64,000 nt of DNA. Source: Paraspadella gotoi. Taxonomy: Eukaryota > Animalia > Chaetognatha. Position numbers and translations under genes: made by a program. Position 1 is the stretch's first letter; each line of letters begins with the position of its first letter. The stretch lies in assembly GCA_051294375.1 (NCBI GenBank), contig CM119270.1, positions 10,374,766 through 10,438,765 on the forward strand, read 5' to 3'. Of the stretch, positions 51,841 through 64,000 are shown in pieces. The notes beneath the pieces are model-generated. The model was not told where the DNA came from and ran no database searches. It saw only the letters and a list, made by a program, of their open reading frames with translations.

Positions 51841-54800
51841 CGAGAGAGAGAGAGATGAGAGAGAGAGGGAGAGAGAGAGAGAGAGAGAGTGACGAGAGAG
51901 AGAGTTAGAGAGAGAGAGAGAGAGAGAGAAGCGTTTCAAAATGGAGGGGAAAAGGAAGGCGGTTCCGTTTTATTTTGTGGTCATTTCCAGCGAAAGTGGA
52001 GGAAAAGGAAGAGGGGAGGAAAAGGAAGAGGGGAGGAAAAGGAGGGGAGCGAGAGTCAGTCTCGTCAACGAGCGGTCAGTCAACCGAGACTTAAGGGTTG
52101 CAAGAGGCCCCAGCCGCCTCCCCCCGCCCCCCCGTCAAAAAAAGACGGAAACTCGGGATTGTCACGTGACTTCAGGGGGCGTTCGAGGGGGCGTTAGGGC
52201 AGGTTGGAGGGAAAAGGAGGAGGTGGAAAGAAAAAAAAGGGTTGGGGATTGCGTTTAAACTTGTGGGCTAATCTGGCACGCAATTTTTAAAAAAAAGTGA
52301 ATATAAACTAAATTTAATCGAGGGTTTGAGTGCAAAATTACCGAGAAGATAGAGAAATATACATTTTATATCCTATTCGGGGAGTAAAAGAATAAAATGA
52401 AAATAAGAAAATGGAGGCCAAGGGGTTTCATCTACCCGGAATTCCCTCAACGGCGCAGGAAATTAAAGTCACCGCAGAAATGGGAAGCGATTGAAAGATC
52501 GAGATTTTCCTCGGCGTTGGAGTTGGAAATGGGGTTGGATTTGATTATGTCGTTGACGTTTCTGTCCATGGTGTCATCGCTGAACAGGATTAAATAATGT
52601 TATTAAATAAAAAAGTAATGTGACAAGCATCTAAAAGGTAAGAAATACTTAAACTAATAAACAATTTAAGCATATTCGTTATAATCTTCCAAAAAATTTT
52701 GTTTTACTTACCTGAAAAAAAATTAATAGGTTTATTGAAAATAAGACATAATACTGTCAGTGTCATGTTCAGAAACGACCATTGAACAAGTATGGCTATT
52801 ATCGTATGCAATACAATGCGCGCGCATAAAAACGACTGTTTTGAAAAAAATCCACGACGCCTTGTAGTTGCTTAAATTTTTTTTTTATTGTATATAAAAG
52901 TAAAAGGCCCCAAAAAAATTTTGCCACTCATTTTAATATTCTGAATCAAATCGTTCAGACAGGGCAGGACGTTAAGTTTTGTCTCGAAATATCTCTTATT
53001 ATACCTGTGCAAGTTTAATAAATTTTCGTAGAAAAAGTGAGAGAGAGAAAGTTGAAAAGGCTTTCGCGGCAAAAGCAAATTGAAAACCTCAACCGAAGGA
53101 AAGGAAAAGAAGGAATAAGAAAAAAAGGCAAGAAAAAATAGGTGGAGATAACGAAACGAAGAAAAAATGATAAATGCAATGTTAGGCACAATAAATTTTT
53201 AAAATAAAAATTCTGAAAAATTAAACAAAAGTATGAAAAAAGAATTAGCGAGGCCAAAAAAAAAAGGAAACGAGAAAGGAAAAGAAAAAATAAAAGGGAG
53301 CAAGAAAGAAAAAGAAAAGGAAAGAGAAGAAAAAAAGGAAAGACCGAGCGGGAAGCGAAAAGAGCTCATACGTATATTGGAAAAGAGCTTGATGGTCATT
53401 TCCAAATTTGGACACCAACTGAAAGGAAAGAGGAGGAAAGAGGAAGAGGAGGAGGGGAAAGGGTTGTGGGAAGTCGGGTTGATGGTGTTGTGGGTCAGAA
53501 ACCGCTCCTGTGGGCAAGTGGACGCGGGGGGGGGGAGTTCGTCGAAACGGCCGCGCTCGACGGAATGGAAAAGGGAGGAAGAGGTCACAACCGTGAGGTC
53601 AGGTCAGACGACCTGGGGATAAAAGATTTTAACGCTTTGTGGTTTGTATAATTTGCTTTTTTACGATTTTACTACTATACCAAGGCGGAAAATGTACTTA
53701 TTTTGAGTTTTCTTTATATTAAAACTTTTAAAAATAGCTGAGGATCTAAAATCCAGTCAAAACATTGTCATAAAGTAGATACAGATTTTTATAACTTACA
53801 ATTATTTAAAAATTGATTTGAGACGGAAACTTCCCCCGTCCTCTGACGACCACTTTCACGTCGGCAGCGGAAAGGGTTTTGGGCAGAACCGTGTAGCAAT
53901 AGAAGCACGAAAAAGCGGGGGCGGGGGGTTGTGGGAGTGAAGGGGCACGGAGGGGCAGGCCGGGGGCGGATTCGGGCCGCGGGAAGGCGGGCCGGGGCTC
54001 ATTTGGTCAGCACTTATGTCATCAGCACACAATGGCCGAACGCGCGCGAGGGCGTAGGAGAACGCAGACTCAAACTCTCGCATAAAAGTTGCATCATATG
54101 GACTAAAAGCGTGATAGGGAGAAGGGGAGGGAGAGGAGAAGAGGGGAACAGGAAAGAGGGAAGAAGAATGTGGAGATGTAGGAAGGGATAATATGAATGA
54201 GAATTAAGAGAGAAAGTTTTGAGAGAGAGGAGAGAGAGAGAGAGAGAGGAGGAGAGGAGAGAGAGGAGAGAGGAGAGAGACGAGAGAACAAAGAATAGAA
54301 CAAATGTTGTCAAAAAACAGTTCAAGGACTCGAAGTTGGCTGATAATCGACACATTGTGAGAGAAAGCTCTAATCGAGCGAAAAAAGAGAGTGAGAGAGA
54401 GAGAGAGAGGAGAGGAGGAGGGAGAGAGAGAGAGAGAAAATATATAAAACTGCACTTATTTTTGTTGATTTTCCCCAAACCAACAATAGCTTCGTAAAAC
54501 TAAATTGAAACGAAACAACAGGATCAAAGAACTCAGCTATAACTAAACAAATCTCTATGGTAACCGTTTTCCTTTTGTTTCCGTCTTAAAAACAAAACGT
54601 TGTTTGCGTCTTTCCGCCGCAGAAATCGACTTCTGGTTTTCGCGTTCTCCATTTTAAATCCCGAGCGTCTCTCGGATTTCCGGAAGTTAAGCCTCTATGA
54701 CGCCGTTGATTTAGTAGAGCGAGGATTCGTTGCCACCCTCCTCCCCCCTCCGCCCTCTATCTTCTATCCCTCCACTACTCCCCGACTCCACCCCACCATC

Positions 54801-55369
54801 ACTACACCCTTTTACCTTTCTCTTTGCTGGAGTGGAAGGGATTACATGGGTGGAACTTTCAACCATCCCTGCCCCAAGTTCCCCCTTGCCCCTTGGCTGT
54901 TTTTCTGCAACAAAGTCCATTCCCGGGTTGGCTTCTTGGCCCGTGGCCTCATCCCGGGTCCATATCCCGGTCCCAGAACAAATACTTGTTCCTTTTTCAA
55001 GGGCCATTAGGACTTAATAGTATCATTTTAGGGGAAAAAAGCAGTCCTTAGCACGTGCAGCTCTCAAAAATGAAAGATGAAAAATTACAAAAAAGAAATT
55101 TATTTGCAAACTTTTAATTATAATTAAGAGTAATTCAGAGAATTTCGAAAACTATACGTTTAAATACTTTTTCTTCTCTCTTCTCTTCTCCCAATCTTAA
55201 CCCCCTGTACATTTTACTGTGATGTCTCTTCGTAGCACAACTACTTTTTGCATTTTACTCTCAACTTTTTCTCTCATTTTGAGTTTTAAACTTTTCTGCC
55301 TCTTTCTTTCATCCTTTTGAAGTTTATCAAACCCGAGAGAGTGGGAGCCCCCAGTTGGCTCCATTAAGG

Positions 55370-55416
<47 letters not shown>

Positions 55417-55594
55417 CTCTCTCTTTTTTCTCTCTCTCTCTCACCCACCCGGCTTCCATGCGCGATCCATTTTCTCGACTTTTTGTTTTGGAAATTTTTT
55501 TTTTTCTTTTTTTGTCCTAATCTTAGGCGCATTATCTCCGTTCCTCTATTAAGAGGCGGAACCCTAAGAAGAAGAAATCTACTCTTCTCTCTCT

Positions 55595-55681
<87 letters not shown>

Positions 55682-55685
55682 CTCT

Positions 55686-55732
<47 letters not shown>

Positions 55733-56554
55733 GTCGTCTTTTCGAATATTTTGTCCATTTTTCTCCGGTTTCTTCCTCATTTTTTCTCTCTTCCTCTTCA
55801 CCCGTTTTTTTATTTTTTCTCTCTCCCTATTCTTCCCTCTCATAATTCTAATTTTCTTCTCATGCAAATATCAAAGATTTTAATTGAATTTGAAAGAATT
55901 GGGCGTAAAAAAACCGGAGCCGCCGCTTTTTTTTTACCCATTCATGATTTTTTCCCTCTTTTTTTTCTTTTTTAAACGACAGCGCCCGTTCATTAACGCC
56001 GGTGGATATTTCAGAAAAAAAGGTAAAGAAAATCAGTGAGGTAGAAGGGGGGGAAAGAAAGGAGGAAAAAGAAAAGTGAATTGGCATATCTTGAAAACTA
56101 TCAAATTAGTGAATATTAATTAATCTGTAATATTTTGTATTTTGTATATAGTACTACCCTTATATAATGTCAAAATTTCAAAATAGTTTTTTTTTTAATT
56201 CTGAGAACAGATTCAGATTCTTTGGTAAAAGTTGACAAAAGAAAATATAAATCTTTTTTAAAAATTATGTCATTAAATAGGTTAAAATTTTAAAAAAACA
56301 TATTTTTAAGCTGATAATTAAAATCGGCATCTTAAATATAGTTTTTTATATTTTTGATCAACTTAATGAAAGAATTTTTAAAAAAAAGATATTATAAAAC
56401 TTTCTTATATTGCAACTTTTTGCAAGGAAATTCAAATCCGATGTTAAATTTGAAAATTTGCACTTTTGAAAATTTTAGCTTATATATACTTATTACTTGT
56501 ATTTTATTGGTTTTTATTTTAATGTTTTATATGCTAAATTTTAATTTTCTAAAA

Positions 56555-56880
56555 TTATGAAATTGGTACAACCAATATAAAAATTATCCATTCATTTAAT
56601 AAATAAGCTATCTTGTCCCTGACTTTGGACAGGCTTTGGTGGTTTAAGGCCTCCATCACACTTACAAGATAATAACATAGCAGGTTTCTGCAAGCTTTCA
56701 ATCAAGACTCTCTCACAGTCTTATTTATTCACTCCCAGTGAACCTGGCTTTCCTATCAATGAAGTGGTATAATATTTCAAAGAATATTTCAATTGTATGA
56801 AAAGACCACTCCCTTATATTATTTTCACATCACTCTAGTGTACACTGTACACGAGAGCTACTCTACACTGTACAGGACTT
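56555..56880 (+). mobile_element. Longer copy of the dispersed repeat seen at 15600-15685; extent beyond 56640 inferred
   Basis: Shared 86-bp block, then CpG-poor complex sequence containing a GTGTACA-C-TGTACAC palindrome at ~56838-56852. Confidence 0.5.
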
Positions 56881-58451
56881 ATTTTTTACCAATATTACCA
56901 ATTCTACCGATTTCAATTATCTTATGCTCATCATTAAATTTTCCTCATCGCACATTTTTTTTGTCTGGAAAAAACGCAACCCAAAATGCAGACAAAGTTA
57001 CTAACAAAGATGCAGACAAAGATGCAGACATAGATGAAGAAAAGCGAATACCTCGGTTAAGGAGAAAGCCTAGCGCCGCAGCGCCGGTGCTTAAACTGCT
57101 AAAGATGCAGACAAAAATGACGACGACGATGATGACGATGAATAGGATCAGGGAAGAGAGAGANNNNNNNNNNGAGAGAGAGATGGATTTTGCAAATGTG
57201 AAAGACTCTGGGGGGTAAAGCGTCCTCGGTTTGGTTTCTTGAACTTCTTTTGTTAGAAGCAAATTATGGCGTCTTGAGGGAAAGGAGGAGGAAGATGGAA
57301 AAAAGGAGACGAGGAAGAGGAGGAGGAGGAGGAAGAGGAGTAAGACGAAGACGAGCGAAGAGACGAAAATGGAAGAGATAATCGGTTCCAAGGGGGAAAC
57401 AAACCCCCCTACGCTTTCTCCTCCCTTTCAAAGCTTTCTCCTCCTTACGCTTTCTCCTCCCTTCCAAAGCTTACTTCCCCCAGCGAAAGCTCCCCTTTTT
57501 GCTTTTTCCCCTAATGCTTCCTCGTTCTATCTTCGATCCATAATGCTCCACAGCAGTTTTCCATCGCTTTGCTCCAATTCCCTCTTTTTTTTTAACTTTT
57601 TTTTAGGATTTTTTAAAAATTTCTAAAGAAAATATAACATTGTTAGAATTTATGTTATGAATATTTTTTGAAACACTTTCCACTTCTTTTTCCTATCCAA
57701 CCGCTATTTTGTAAATCCGAAAACTATTTTCGCGTTTCCACACTTTCCTTATTTTCCTTATTTCCTCTTCCCTTCTATCCTTTTTTTTTATCTTTCATTA
57801 TTTTTCATCTTAATTTCAATCAAAGTCCTCATTTTTTTGGCCTATTTTTTCTTTCTTTTTGCTCTTTCCTTTCCTTTCATCTAAGACGCCTTCTCCTGCG
57901 ATTTTTTTCCTCCACGCTCCTTTTCTTTTTTTCTCACCCTCTGGTCTAACGAGGCCCTTCCAACTTTTTCCTTACCTCCAGTTTTCCGCTCAATGACTCA
58001 CTCTCCCTCATGAACTTTCTTCCCACTCTCGATTCGTCTCCCAAAAAAATAAAGTGAAAAAAAGTTCGTGTCTTCTGAACTTATCTCAACTTACCTCAAC
58101 TTACCCTTTTAAAGGCCGAAATCATAATTTTTTTATTCTAATCTGGACCCCGTATTTCTTTCAAACCATAGTAACAGAAATTCACTAACATTTTTTTAAT
58201 TAAATTAAATTAATTCATTTAATTCGTATGATTTTTTAATTCGTTTCTCTTTTCTCCATTCTTCATTCATCCCCTCCCATTTTCACAGCTCTTCATCCTC
58301 TTCCTCTTCTCACTTGCACCATCTTTTCCTCTCGTCTTTTTCTCCCGTCCCTCGACCCTCATTAATGATGCAGTCATTTACATAATTTTTGACTTGAAAA
58401 GCCACTAGCAACTGAAACTTAATGAGAGCGACTTATGTGGTTGGTCGCATG

Positions 58452-58510
<59 letters not shown>

Positions 58511-58831
58511 GGGTTTGATTGTAATTTAGTTAAACACAAGAAACTTGTTAAATTGCTAAAAAGAATCAAAGAAGTACTAACTACTTAGTGTATAAGTTAA
58601 AAATCTCTATGCTCAGTGTTGTTTAAACATCTGGAGTTTTTATTTTTCTTCGGTTAAACTGAGAAACTGATTTTCCTTTTACAGAAAAGCTTAAAAAAAG
58701 GAGAGAGATAAAAAGAGTAATTCTTAGTATATATATATACATATATATACATACAATTTTTCGGACTACTCCTTCAAGGGTTTTCCTTTCAATTATCCCC
58801 TGTTTGCAATAACGATGGTTCGGTAGTAATA

Positions 58832-59694
58832 CCCCGTGAGCCAAATCCGATGATGCGAAAGATAAATTAATTATACGTAAACTATATGCCAATAAAAAAA
58901 ATTTATAACACCAATTGAAAGAAAAATCATTGACGTTTTTAAAAAGTTCAAAACTTTACTTAAAAACACTTTAAAACATTCTCAAAATGCTATCAAAACC
59001 AGTACAAAAAACTCTTCTTCATGGAGCAAAAAACCTTGTCCAAAAGCAGCTCTAATTCTTTACCATTACAAAAGTCAAATGCTCATAACAACTTTGGTTT
59101 CTGCTAACAAACCTTTCTAGTTCTAAATCACCAAAAGAAAAACAATTAGATTTGGCCGGTTGGAACCTCAGGATAGCTAAGGAAAAAATAAGGTAAAAAA
59201 ACTTTTATGCAGCGGATGCTGTGTTTCACTGGTCACTTTATCGAGCTTAAACTACAATTTTTTTAAATTGTCTTGCCATAAGCACTCCTCTTTCTTTAGT
59301 TTTTCAATATAGGACAAGCTAATTATAGGCAGTGAATAGACATCTTCGTCTTGCCAATTATCTTTTGGCACAAAAAAACAGTCTTGGAAATTGCTTAGTC
59401 AGCCAGATAGAATTATTTGAATAAAACAAAACCAATATATCTGCAACACTGCCTTAAAAACTTAATTCAAAATTGTTCATTGCACTCAATTTTTAACAAA
59501 TACGATATGCTAACAATTTGGCGATTTTTGAGAAAATAGATTTGAAGTTGTTAATGATAATTGATTAAAATAAAATTTATACACAAAAAACGTCAAGTAG
59601 TTATTTATCATTTAAAAAAATCTGAATAAGTCTATCTCGACTCAGTAAAGTACGGCAAGGGTTTCTTTCGTATCATCGGATTTGGCTCACGGGG
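58832..59694. mobile_element. Non-autonomous class II transposon (MITE-like), 863 bp, 31-bp TIRs, TA target-site duplication
   Basis: Left TIR CCCCGTGAGCCAAATCCGATGATGCGAAAGA (58832-58862) matches the reverse complement of 59664-59694 at 30/31; TA at 58830-31 and 59695-96; no long internal ORF. Confidence 0.88.
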
Positions 59695-59749
59695 TACAGA
59701 CTTACAATACAGGTTCCTTCCTAATTTTCCTAAACTCAACGTCAATTCT

Positions 59750-59833
<84 letters not shown>

Positions 59834-60620
59834 AGAGAGGAAGTGAGAGAGAAGAGACGTTAACCGCCCCTCCCACGTCCACTTCAGCCTAACGCTTGGC
59901 GTTGGAGGTCAGAAAAGGTTAATAGCATCCTTGGTCCAGTTAGCGAGCGCGAGTTCTCGCCAGCCTCTTGACCACAAAATCGCGATAAAAAAAAGTAGAG
60001 AGAAAAAAAATAGGAAAAAGGAAATAAAAGCAAAAAAAAAATTTTTTTTCTCATTATAAGTTTTTCGTTTAACAATATTTTTTAAATATTTGTTGCTGTT
60101 TATCTTTATCTTTGTCTTTTTTTCCTCGGAGAGATTTTAAACCGGTCTACTTTTTATATTCAACCCTAAGTTTTCGACTTTGCCTCGATACTTTTCAACG
60201 ACCTTCGGAAAAAAATATTGACCGAAAACTTTGCAATAACTTTAGACCTAATGAGAATATACATACAATACTCGAAAATTTTCTTCTCGGAATGCTTGGT
60301 TGACCAATGACCATGCATAATAACGATATTTTGCCAACTTCACTTTTATAAATAATATTGTCGATATGTACGTTCCAACTGCTTTATCATCTGTCGACTC
60401 TCCCAGATCTCCGCACAGGTTGGAGAGGCAAAAATCTGACATCGTGAATGTTTATCCTCATCACGAATATCTGTGTCAATCACGTTCGCTGGACATGTTT
60501 ACGAGGATAAAAGGGGCACGAAATCACTGTGAATGCCTCAACGGATCAGAGAACATTTTTCTCTCCTTGTCCATTGCTTTTTTCTTTTCTTTTCTTTCTT
60601 TCTTTCTTTCTTATTTTGTT

Positions 60621-60708
<88 letters not shown>

Positions 60709-61409
60709 ATTTTGTTTCTTTCTTTCTTTGTTATTTTCTTTCATTTTTTTTATTTCATTATTTCTTTCTTTCGTTCTTTCTATTTATCTCTTTCTCTTCC
60801 TTTCTATTTCTCTCGCTCATTCTAAACCAAAACAATTTTCTTTCATTTTGAGTTTCCCTCTCTTTTAAACCGCCTGTAGTTTAGAAAATTTTAAAATCTT
60901 AACGATCCTCCCAATTTTTTTTTTTACGCATAAATAAAAATTGAACGAAGTTCGAACTAAGCCGCTCGGTCCTCAACTCGATTCACCTCCAATCATCCTC
61001 TAAACACACCCCCCTCCCGAAATACCCCAGTCGCCCCTCTCTCATCCAAAAGCCCAACCGAATTATCGATTGCTCCCCCCCTCCACCCTCTTTGCCATTC
61101 CTTTGTCGGTACGTCGGCCCATCCCAGGCCTGGATTCGGCCTCTGAAAATGACCCCGATCGAGATGCGCATTTCTCCCAGCGTTTGATGCCGACTCTGTC
61201 TCTAGCTCCCCCCGCCCTTTTCCTCTTCCTCCCTTCCCTCCACCCCAATCTTGGTAGCGAGATATTTTTTGGGGTCGGGGATCGAATAACTTTGAGATCG
61301 ATGAGAAAAATACTCTCCTTTTCATTTTATCTGTGACTCTGATTTTGGTTCTAGGTTATTTTATTTAATTACCTTGTCCCAATTAACTTCGTCTAAACCA
61401 ATTTTCATC

Positions 61410-61436
61410 AATTTCTGCTTTTCCCTCTTTCCCTTT

Positions 61437-61498
<62 letters not shown>

Positions 61499-62639
61499 CG
61501 CGTCTGCTCCCTGCTCTCTCCGGCTCTCTCTCTCTCTCTCTCGAAAAACGACAACAACAACAACAAAAAAGATTTACTAACGATTTCAGAATGATGAAAA
61601 TAAAATATTAAACTTTTCGGTTTTCCCATGGAAAAGGGAGGTCAGATGCGAGCTTAGAGCAGATTCAAAAAATAATAAAGCAAATAACAAATCAGATTTA
61701 GTACAGAAAATTAAAATCGACCATCTCAATACAGTAACGAACTTGAAAAATCATGGTGACTTTTGTGACCAGCTCGTACTTCTCCCCGAGAGCGAAGGCC
61801 GCGCCCACCTCCGCCCCGATTCGATTAAAATCGTCGAGAAGAAAACAAAAGACTCGCGTCCGATGATCGACGTCGTTTTTGAGCACAAAATTTACTGTCG
61901 TGACGTCAGAATTGAAAATGATTTTTTGTGTTTGCGTGTGTGGGTGTTTGTGTGTTTGTGTGTGTGTTTGTGTGAGTGGGAGGAGAGAGATGGAGAGGTG
62001 AGAAGAAGGTGAGAAAGAGGTAGGGGGTTTCAGTCGGTGAAATTTAAATTTGTCCATTTTTTTTCGAAAACAAAGTTGTTTTCGTCGCTGTTTCGTGCGA
62101 GAAGTCGGATCTGAGCGATGGTTACGATTTTCGTTTCGGGTCATTTTTTTCAAAGAGTTTTTCAAATCCGTTTCGTGGATGATTTACCGTTTTTTTTGTG
62201 TTTTACTTTGTTCCAGTCAGCTGAAGAAACATTTCAAAAGTCATTAGCAAACAGGAAATTTAAATAGACTAATATTTACTGCAGGTCAAGAAACTGCGGC
62301 TTTACTAGATGACTGCGACGGCTTATTACCCTAACTACATTTGATAGTTACAGGGCGTAACAGTGTTACAACTGATGAACTCGGAAGGACAAAGTTACAA
62401 TGAATTTATCACCATAACGAATCAACGCCACAACTAATAAAAACTCATGAGAAAAAACAACCCCACGAAATTCCTGCCAAAACCAATTCGCCTTCTGACG
62501 TAATAACGCCACAAACGAGAGTCAGGATCATCACTTACTCTCACTTTCCGTAGCCTCACCCCGGCCATTCTTCGCCTTGGCATTGTCGTCGTCATCGTTG
62601 TTGTCAAATGACGAATTAATCCTAGCTCGACCAGAAAGC

Positions 62640-62672
<33 letters not shown>

Positions 62673-63933
62673 TATTCGTCATTGTGACAACAACGATGAC
62701 GACCGACAATGCCAAGGGCCGCAAGAATAGGCCGGCAGGTGAGGCTACGCAAAGTGTGACGAGTTAAAAGTGATGATCCTGACTCTCGTTTCTGTGGCCG
62801 TTATTTACGTCAGCAAGGCGAATTGGTTTTGGGATCAGGAATTTGTGGGTTGGTTTTCTCCATGAGTTTTTATTAGTTGGTGTGGCGGCTTGATCCGTAT
62901 ATGGGATGGATAAATTCATCTGTAACTTTGTCCTTCGACTTCATCAGTTGTGTAACACTGTTACGCCGCTGTTTTAACTATTTCCCAAAATGTAGTTAGG
63001 GGTTAAAGCCCCGTCGCAGTATCTAGTAAGGCCGCAGGTTTCTTGAGCTGCCAGTATTAATATTAGTTTAATTTTAAATTTCCTGTTGTGCTAATGAACT
63101 TTTTGAAATGTTTCTTCCACCTTGCTTCGACTCTGGCAAGCAAGTTAGTTTTAAAACACAAAAAAAACAGGGGTAAGTAAATCATTCACGAATACGGATT
63201 TGAAAAAACAACTTCTTTGAAAAAAAATGACCCCGAAACGAAAAAATCGTAACCATCGCTTCAGTTCCGGACTTCTCGCACGAAACAGCGTACGAAAACC
63301 AACTTTGTTTCGAAAACAAAAAATGGACAAATTTAAATGTTCACCGCTGAAAAACCCCCTACCTCTTTCTTCACCCCTTCTTCTTCAACCTCTCCATCTC
63401 TTCCTCCCAGCTCACACAAACACACCACACAAACACACAAACACCCACACACGCAAAACACCAGAAAATCAATTTTCAATTCTGAGTCACGACAGTAAAT
63501 TTGTACTTGGTCTCAAAAACGACGTCGCCATCATCCGACGCGAGTCTTTTGTTTTCTGTTTCTCGGACGATTTTAATCGAATTCGGGGCGGAGGTGGGCG
63601 CGGCCTTCGCTTCTCGGGGAGAGCGAAACGGAGGTCTGCGTCACAAAAGTCCACCATGATTTTGCAATGTTCGTTTACTGTATTGGAGAATGGTCGATTT
63701 TAATTTTCTGTACTAAATCTGATTGTTATTTGCTGTTATTATTTTTTTGAATCCTCTTAAGCTCGCATCTGACCTCCCTTTTCCATGGGAAACCAAAAGT
63801 TTAATATTTTATTTTCATCATTTGCTGAAATCGTTAGTAAATTTTTTATGTTGTTGTTGTTGTCGTTTTTCGAGAGAGAGCGAGAGAGAGAGAGGAGATG
63901 AGAGAGAAAGAGAGAGAGGAGAGGAGATGAGAG

Positions 63934-63969
<36 letters not shown>

Positions 63970-64000
63970 AGGGAAAGGGGAAAGAGGGAAAGAGAAATTT
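61410..64000. repeat. Large inverted repeat (left arm ~61410-62616, spacer ~62617-62672, right arm ~62673-64000, may continue beyond the window); probable fold-back read artefact
   Basis: e.g. CCCATGGAAAAGGGAGGTCAGATGCGAGC (~61625) versus GCTCGCATCTGACCTCCCTTTTCCATGGG (~63761); the right arm is longer because of insertion noise. Confidence 0.9.

Noticed and set aside
52700-52770. miR-8 gene (TAATACTGTCAG at ~52749)
   Set aside because: Only the first 12 nt match, the 3' half differs and no convincing pre-miRNA hairpin forms
60451-60511. pre-miRNA-like hairpin (TTTATCCTC / GAGGATAAA)
   Set aside because: Only a 9-bp outer stem; the interior pairs poorly
62372-62398. Hammerhead ribozyme core (CTGATGA...GGAC-AAA)
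   Set aside because: Both arms read GACAAAG, lacking the GAAA box required after stem II; no clear stems I/III with an NUH site

Overview
Eukaryotic (invertebrate animal) draft-assembly scaffold. It is very rich in (GA/CT)n, (TTTC)n and (CGA/TCG)n microsatellites and has more than 20 N-gaps. The only credible protein-coding content is the 3' half of a Meis/homothorax TALE-homeobox gene on the + strand. Three exons (18004-18080, 33887-33999, 34565-34785) splice in frame to give [45 protein letters not shown]...HSQAMLIPGHAHHAMMMHG...IQDIHAG*. Bases 1-18003 are probably the upstream intron and a long 3'UTR follows the stop. The other ORF-track entries are microsatellite or N-gap artefacts. Four large duplications (6.4-11.6 kb, 15.6-17.1 kb, 32.9-45.2 kb including a frameshifted second copy of the last two exons, and an inverted one at 61.4-64 kb) each have one indel-riddled copy. 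They look like unpolished long reads inserted during gap filling rather than real paralogs. Also present are an 863-bp TIR/TA-TSD non-autonomous DNA transposon, a tRNA-SINE remnant, a dispersed repeat and minisatellites. The most interesting signal is in or near the Meis/hth 3'UTR: a miR-8 site with an 8mer seed, a central bulge and 10 contiguous 3'-end pairs (TDMD-trigger-like geometry), lying between candidate poly(A) signals, plus a miR-92 site with 3' pairing. No prokaryotic-type system, CRISPR array, rRNA or complete tRNA was seen.
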